From Patescibacteria group bacterium (GTDB lineage: Bacteria > Patescibacteriota > Patescibacteriia > PEXW01), in NCBI GenBank assembly GCA_038063455.1, contig JBBTVB010000003.1, forward strand, positions 1,714 to 65,713: DNA of 64,000 nucleotides, in the 5' to 3' direction. Shown one piece after another: positions 59,565-64,000 of this stretch. Position 1 is the stretch's first letter; each line of letters begins with the position of its first letter. The notes below the pieces were generated by a model, which was not told the DNA's origin, ran no database searches, and saw only the letters and a program-made list of their open reading frames with translations. The translations under genes were made by a program, and so were the position numbers.

Positions 59565-60590
59565 CTACCTTCCCACTTCCCACACTGGGTTCACATCCAG
59601 TTTCTGCCAAGGCGTCGAATGTCCACGTGCAAGCTCCATTGCGCCAGCCACAGCGATCATGGCGCCGTTGTCTGTGGTGTACTGCAGTGGAGCGACGCTG
59701 AAGTGAAAGCCGGCAGCTTGTGACTCTTTCGCCAGGCGCTCACGCAGTACGCTATTTGCCGCGACGCCACCCCCAAGGAGAATGCACTTGGGTTTTTTTG
59801 TTTGTGCGGCGCGGAGTGTTTTACCCACCAGCACATCCACAATTGCGGTTTGTACCGAGGCGGCCAAGTCGGCTTTGCCTTGCGGGTTCAGGCGCGGGTG
59901 TTTTTGCACAAATGTTGCGACGGCAGTTTTGAGGCCGGCAAAGCTAAACTCAAAGTTTTGTTCTTTCAGCATTGGCCGTGGCAGTGGGATAATTGCCCTG
60001 CCCTTGAGTGCCAGTTGCCCAATAGCTGGGCCGCCAGGGTAGGGCAAGCCCATGAGCTTGGCGGCTTTATCAAAACATTCGCCTGCTGCGTCGTCGCGGG
60101 TTTTGCCGATGAGTTTCACTTTGTCTTTTTCCAGCCACAACAGTTCTGTGTGGCCGCCAGAAACAACCAGCGCCAGCGCGGGGAGTTGCGGTTGCGTATC
60201 GTTGAGCCAGCAACTCGCCAAATGGCCGGCAATATGGTTTACGCCGATGAGCGGCTTGTTGAGCGCAAAGCTCAGCGTGCGTGCGGTTTCGACGCCCACC
60301 AGTAGCGCGGTGCTTAAGCCCGGGCCACTCGTCACGGCAATCGCATCAATGCCCGCCAGCTTGGTGTGGGCTTTTCGGAGCGCGGCTTCCAACGTCGGCA
60401 TGATAGTGGCCGCGTGTTCCCGCGCCGCAACCTCCGGCACCACGCCGCCGGTCTTGCGGTGGGCCAGGACTTGCGATGCTGTGACCATACTGATCACGCG
60501 ATAGCACCCGCGGTGCGTTTCCACCACGGCAATAGACGTGTCGTCGCAGGATGTCTCGATGCCGAGGATGGTGTGGTATGGGGCTGACAT
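59565..60590 (-). CDS. tsaD: tRNA N6-adenosine threonylcarbamoyltransferase TsaD
   Basis: ILGIETSCDDTS, GVVPEVAAREH, VTSGPGLSTALLVG, VNHIAGH, GGGVAAN. Confidence 0.95.
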   Translation of the reverse strand: MSAPYHTILGIETSCDDTSIAVVETHRGCYRVISMVTASQVLAHRKTGGVVPEVAAREHAATIMPTLEAALRKAHTKLAGIDAIAVTSGPGLSTALLVGVETARTLSFALNKPLIGVNHIAGHLASCWLNDTQPQLPALALVVSGGHTELLWLEKDKVKLIGKTRDDAAGECFDKAAKLMGLPYPGGPAIGQLALKGRAIIPLPRPMLKEQNFEFSFAGLKTAVATFVQKHPRLNPQGKADLAASVQTAIVDVLVGKTLRAAQTKKPKCILLGGGVAANSVLRERLAKESQAAGFHFSVAPLQYTTDNGAMIAVAGAMELARGHSTPWQKLDVNPVWEVGR

Positions 60591-60848
60591 GTGGGCTAGT
60601 GAAGAGTAGTATTATGTAGTTGAAAAGGAAAATATACAAACCCCAAAAGGAGTATTGTCGTGAATAAGGTCGGCAGTGATCGTGTAAAAGAAATTGTACG
60701 CAGCGTCATTGTGCACTAACGGAGTGACGGTGAGCTTGAGTATTTGCTATTTCCAAAGAACAAAGCATGTCAGGCGTTACGCGCGAAAGTTTGAATGCGT
60801 AAGAGGCACAGTTTTTCCCGGAGAAGGAAAAAACCGGTAGGAGGAATT

Positions 60849-61169
60849 GTGCGTGAAACTGCAGAAGAATATGGCATCACTGTGATCCGTGTGGGTCGAG
60901 TCATCTACGAGGAAGAACGAGAATGGATTGCGTTTCCGGATGATACGGAATTTTACGATCTATATCGTGCGCGCTACTATGAAGTGGAAACTGAACCAAT
61001 TACGAATGTTCGCTTGAGTTGTGAGCATAGTGGTTCAATCTGGCTGACAATACCAGAAATTGCACGGATTTCTGCTTGCATTCGGCCTAGATGCTTTGCG
61101 GCTCTTCAGCAATTCCACATTAGCGTTAAAAGCGCAGAGATTACAGTTGTACAAGAGTGTTTAGTTTAG
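60849..61169 (+). CDS. Hypothetical protein (106 aa from GTG 60849; 124 aa if ATG 60795)
   Basis: Track ORF 60795-61169. The strong SD TAGGAGGA (60838-60845) precedes the in-frame GTG 60849. No family recognised. Confidence 0.45.
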   Translation: MRETAEEYGITVIRVGRVIYEEEREWIAFPDDTEFYDLYRARYYEVETEPITNVRLSCEHSGSIWLTIPEIARISACIRPRCFAALQQFHISVKSAEITVVQECLV

Positions 61170-61210
61170 CGCGTTTAGTTGCGACCCCTACGGGTGCGAT
61201 TTTTATGTAT

Positions 61211-61250
61211 GTCAAGTTAACTTGACACGCTCATCCCCATCCCTTATGCT
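61211..61250 (+). promoter_or_regulatory. Promoter TTGACA-17-TATGCT with a perfect 16-bp palindrome over the -35
   Basis: GTCAAGTTAACTTGAC (61211-61226). TTGACA 61222-61227, TATGCT 61245-61250, ATG 61257 only 6 nt downstream. Confidence 0.6.
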
Positions 61251-61256
61251 TTGTTT

Positions 61257-61460
61257 ATGCCCAAGCAGCTCATGAACCATGTACGGGACTGTCGGGAAAA
61301 AATTGGTTTGACCCAGCAGGATGTGGCCGGCCGCGTACGCGTCAGTCGTCAAACCATTGTGGCCATTGAGAAAGGCAATTACACCCCCTCAGTTGCACTA
61401 GCGCTTGAGCTTGCCCGCCTGTTACGCTGTTCGGTAGAGCAACTCTTTTTTTGGCAGTGA
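61257..61460 (+). CDS. XRE/Cro-family HTH transcriptional regulator
   Basis: IGLTQQDVAGRVRVSRQTIVAIEKGNYTPSVALALELARLL. The track starts at TTG 61251; ATG 61257 preferred. Confidence 0.85.
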   Translation: MPKQLMNHVRDCREKIGLTQQDVAGRVRVSRQTIVAIEKGNYTPSVALALELARLLRCSVEQLFFWQ

Positions 61461-61467
61461 AGGCTTT

Positions 61468-61812
61468 ATGAAAAAACTTCTCATCATCACCGTTGCCGCA
61501 GTTATTCTGGAGCTTATTGCTATGGAAGCAGAGCTGATGCAGTTGCCCGCGGGGCTAGGCATGGGCTTGGGTATAACGGGTATTCTTGGTTTGGTGCTGG
61601 CACTCTTCGATAAAGCGCGCCCAGACGAACGTGAGCAAGTGCTTACATACGAGTCGAGCCATGTTGCCTTCTTGACGGTGGCGGCGGTATTGCTGGGCAT
61701 ATTACTGTACCAAACGTTGCAGCGCAGCGTTGAGGCGTGGCTTGTGGTTACCATTTTGGCGCTGGTTATCGGCAAAGTAGGCGGCCGCTGGTATATTCAA
61801 CGTAAGAAATAA
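61468..61812 (+). CDS. Small membrane protein partnered with the XRE regulator
   Basis: 114 aa, 4 TM segments. Starts 7 nt after the regulator stop. Confidence 0.55.
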   Translation: MKKLLIITVAAVILELIAMEAELMQLPAGLGMGLGITGILGLVLALFDKARPDEREQVLTYESSHVAFLTVAAVLLGILLYQTLQRSVEAWLVVTILALVIGKVGGRWYIQRKK

Positions 61813-61840
61813 TTTTTCTCTTTTTTCATCATACACACGT

Positions 61841-62512
61841 ATGCAGAAGAAATTTCTCCTCATTGCCCTAGCGGTGATTATCGTTGTCGGCGGCGGTATA
61901 GCTCTGTACATGGCAGACACCGATGATGTAGTGAACACTAATGGTGCGACGCAGAACGTGAATGCGAGCACGACCACCACCGACCGGGTGGAAGCCGATG
62001 GAACGGTAATTAAGCCTGACGGTACTATGGTTAAGCCTGATGGCACTATGATTGGGCCGGACGGCAAGGAAATAGTCGAAACCAATACCAATACGAATAG
62101 CGCAAACGCCAATTCCTCGAGCAGCAATACGAATGCGGCAACAGCAAATACGAACAGCGTCAAGAATAGCAACACGAATGCCACCGCAGCCGCGGCTCCT
62201 GCTGCGCTTGTGGACTACTCAGCGGCTGCACTAGCAGCAGCACAGGCCGGGACAGGTGCAACCGTGCTGTACTTCCATGCGGACTGGTGCCCCACCTGCC
62301 GCGTGCTGGAGCCCGATATTCAGAAGAACTTGAGCAACCTGCCGAAGAACCTAACCATCTTAAAAGTAAACTACGATAAAGAAACCATGCTCAAGAAACA
62401 GCATGGCGTAACGTACCAGCACACCTTCGTGCAGGTAGATGATAGCGGCAACAAGCTAAAACTTTGGAGCGGCAGCACGAACGCCTTGGATATTTCTGCT
62501 GAGCTGATTTAG
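61841..62512 (+). CDS. Membrane-anchored thioredoxin-family protein
   Basis: N-terminal TM. Low-complexity Thr/Asn-rich linker with KPDGTM repeats. WCPTC active site in the C-terminal thioredoxin fold. Confidence 0.75.
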   Translation: MQKKFLLIALAVIIVVGGGIALYMADTDDVVNTNGATQNVNASTTTTDRVEADGTVIKPDGTMVKPDGTMIGPDGKEIVETNTNTNSANANSSSSNTNAATANTNSVKNSNTNATAAAAPAALVDYSAAALAAAQAGTGATVLYFHADWCPTCRVLEPDIQKNLSNLPKNLTILKVNYDKETMLKKQHGVTYQHTFVQVDDSGNKLKLWSGSTNALDISAELI

Positions 62513-62520
62513 CCATACCG

Positions 62521-64000
62521 ATGCTTACCCTTCTTCTCGCCTTTGCTGCGGGCTTGGTCACGGTGCTGGCACCGTGCATCCTACCAATTTTGCCTATAGT
62601 GCTATCGGGCGGGTCAGCCAAGGGGCGGTTGCGCCCGTGGGGTATTATTGTCGGCGTAGTTATTTCATTCTCGGTGTTCACCCTCGCCCTTTCGTGGGCA
62701 GTGCAGCGCCTGGGGCTCTCGCCGAACTTTTCGCGCAACTTGGGCATCTTTATGCTAGCTGCTCTGGGCGCCTTATTTTTGGTGCCGCGCATGCTAGAAC
62801 GATTGGAAGCGTGGGTAAGCAGTCGTGTGGGTGGCAGCGTGAATGGCGAGCGGCATGGTTTTGGCGGCGGTTTGCTTATTGGCATTAGCCTGGGTGCAGT
62901 GTGGACGCCTTGCGCCGGCCCGATTTTGGCCAGCGTTGTGGCCGCGGCCCAGACCGGCACCGTTACGGGCGAGACCATTGGGGTGACCATTGCCTACGCC
63001 ATTGGGGCTGCGCTGCCCATGGGCCTTATTGCCGCACTCGGCCAGCGGATTACTACCCGGGTTCGGTGGCTTAGCCAGCGGGCCGGTACGGTCCAGAAAG
63101 TGTTTGGCATTGTGCTTATTCTGGTTGCCTCGCTCATGTTCACCGGGCTGGATCGGCGCGTGCAAAGCTGGATTATTACGGTTACACCCAACTGGCTGCC
63201 TCAGTTACAAAAATTTGAAGAACGCACCATGGATTCACCAACACCTATCCCAACTTCTGATACGTTGCCAAATTTGGGCCAAGCCGCAGAGCTTATAGAC
63301 ATTACCGGTTGGATCAACAGTGAGCCGAAAACTCTTGCCGAACTTCGCGGCAAGGTTGTTTTGGTAAAGTTTTGGACATATACATGCATTAACTGCATTC
63401 GTACCCTGCCATATGTTCAAGCTTGGTACGATAAGTACCAGGACAAAGGGTTTACTATTCTGGCAGTGCACACACCAGAGTTCGCTTTTGAAAAAATTCC
63501 GGCGAACGTCGAGGACGCGGTGAAAGATTTTAACATTACCTATCCGGTGGCGCTCGACCCGGCTTACGCAACCTGGACTGCCTATCGAAATCGCTACTGG
63601 CCGGCCGCGTACTTAGTGGATGCCCAAGGCCGACTACGCTACACCCATTTTGGTGAGGGTGACTACGATATCACCGAAGGCGCAATTCAAACTTTGCTGG
63701 CAGAGGCCGGTCAGGATGTAGCTGACATGCAAAAATCGCTACCCACCGCGAAGCTAGCATTCAACCAAACCCCGGAGACATATTTTGGTACCGCCCGAGC
63801 CGAACGCATGGGTCACACGCCGGAGTTGGCACGCGGCACGCAGACGTACACCCCGATTGCAAGCCTGCCGTTGCATGCGTGGGCGTTTGGCGGCAGCTGG
63901 ATTGTGGGCGAAGAAGATACGCAAGCGACGAAAGGCAGCACGTTGGATTTTCGTGTTCGGGCCAAAGAAGTGTACCTGGTGCTTGGCAACCAGCGTGGTG
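62521..64000 (+). CDS. dipZ: DipZ-like protein: CcdA/DsbD membrane domain + thioredoxin-like (redoxin) domain (partial, runs off the right edge)
   Basis: Absent from the ORF track because no stop occurs in the window. Hand translation MLTLLLAFAAGLVTVLAPCILPILP..., second TM Cys motif WTPCAGPIL, then KFWTYTCINCIRTLPYV and YWPAAYLVDAQG. Confidence 0.8.
   Translation, partial: MLTLLLAFAAGLVTVLAPCILPILPIVLSGGSAKGRLRPWGIIVGVVISFSVFTLALSWAVQRLGLSPNFSRNLGIFMLAALGALFLVPRMLERLEAWVSSRVGGSVNGERHGFGGGLLIGISLGAVWTPCAGPILASVVAAAQTGTVTGETIGVTIAYAIGAALPMGLIAALGQRITTRVRWLSQRAGTVQKVFGIVLILVASLMFTGLDRRVQSWIITVTPNWLPQLQKFEERTMDSPTPIPTSDTLPNLGQAAELIDITGWINSEPKTLAELRGKVVLVKFWTYTCINCIRTLPYVQAWYDKYQDKGFTILAVHTPEFAFEKIPANVEDAVKDFNITYPVALDPAYATWTAYRNRYWPAAYLVDAQGRLRYTHFGEGDYDITEGAIQTLLAEAGQDVADMQKSLPTAKLAFNQTPETYFGTARAERMGHTPELARGTQTYTPIASLPLHAWAFGGSWIVGEEDTQATKGSTLDFRVRAKEVYLVLGNQRG

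Noticed and set aside
58742-59606. Search for an integrase, transposase or recombinase that could explain the tsaD-flanked cassette.
   Set aside because: None found. The only ORF in the cassette is a small two-TM protein, so the cassette is not called a mobile element.
62391-62990. 199-aa minus-strand ORF (and 62794-63165) in the last 1.5 kb.
   Set aside because: They are antisense to a much better plus-strand frame, the DipZ-like CcdA plus redoxin protein. That frame is missing from the track only because it has no stop codon before the window ends.
1-64000. Alternative genetic code (UGA recoding, as in some CPR lineages).
   Set aside because: Genes are long and uninterrupted under the standard code. 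TGA is used as a genuine stop in several ATGA start/stop overlaps (for example 16093-16096 and 24113-24116).

Overview
This is a 64-kb chromosomal window, roughly 55-60% G+C by eye (not computed), with several visibly AT-richer islets. Gene content suggests a small-genome CPR/Patescibacteria-like bacterium: three TrbC/VirB2-like pilin paralogues, a TM-anchored solute-binding protein, DUF2079, many GT-C membrane proteins and no respiratory genes. That taxonomic call is inference.

Content:
- The origin neighbourhood, with rpmH-rnpA-yidD-yidC on + and dnaA-dnaN on -, and DnaA boxes at 48151-48221.
- Housekeeping genes: valS, tsaD, tsaE, yebC-ruvC, PBP1A, a PilB/GspE ATPase, msrA, msrB, galU, an EndoQ-like nuclease, a Pif1-like helicase and tRNA-Ser(CGA).
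- Carbohydrate block 1 (13.0-27.3 kb): galU, an orphan solute-binding protein and 3 pilin-like genes, then five GT-C-like membrane proteins, two GT2 and a methyltransferase.
- Carbohydrate block 2 (27.5-42.2 kb): PGI/PMI, an SPS-like GT4, an SPP-like HAD and a GDE/GH100-like hydrolase. These are followed by three tandem GT4 paralogues, an APH-fold kinase, a GalT-type transferase and a second GDE-like protein. The block is interrupted by a low-GC wHTH-GHKL-STAS gene.

Observations that ordinary annotation does not explain:
- A two-copy structured intergenic element with compensatory stem changes (12723-12879 and 28692-28902).
- A recurrent -10 box 6-9 nt before the ATG, suggesting leaderless genes, contrasted with strong SD sites on AT-rich genes.
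- A duplicated tsaD 3' end flanking a 0.8-kb cassette.
- A decayed msrB 5' fragment.
- A sigma-70-like protein split by a ~270-aa insert next to the tRNA.
- A divergent small-gene module around a 14-bp-arm palindrome.

No CRISPR array, rRNA, integrase or transposase was seen. All family assignments rest on remembered motifs and no searches were run.
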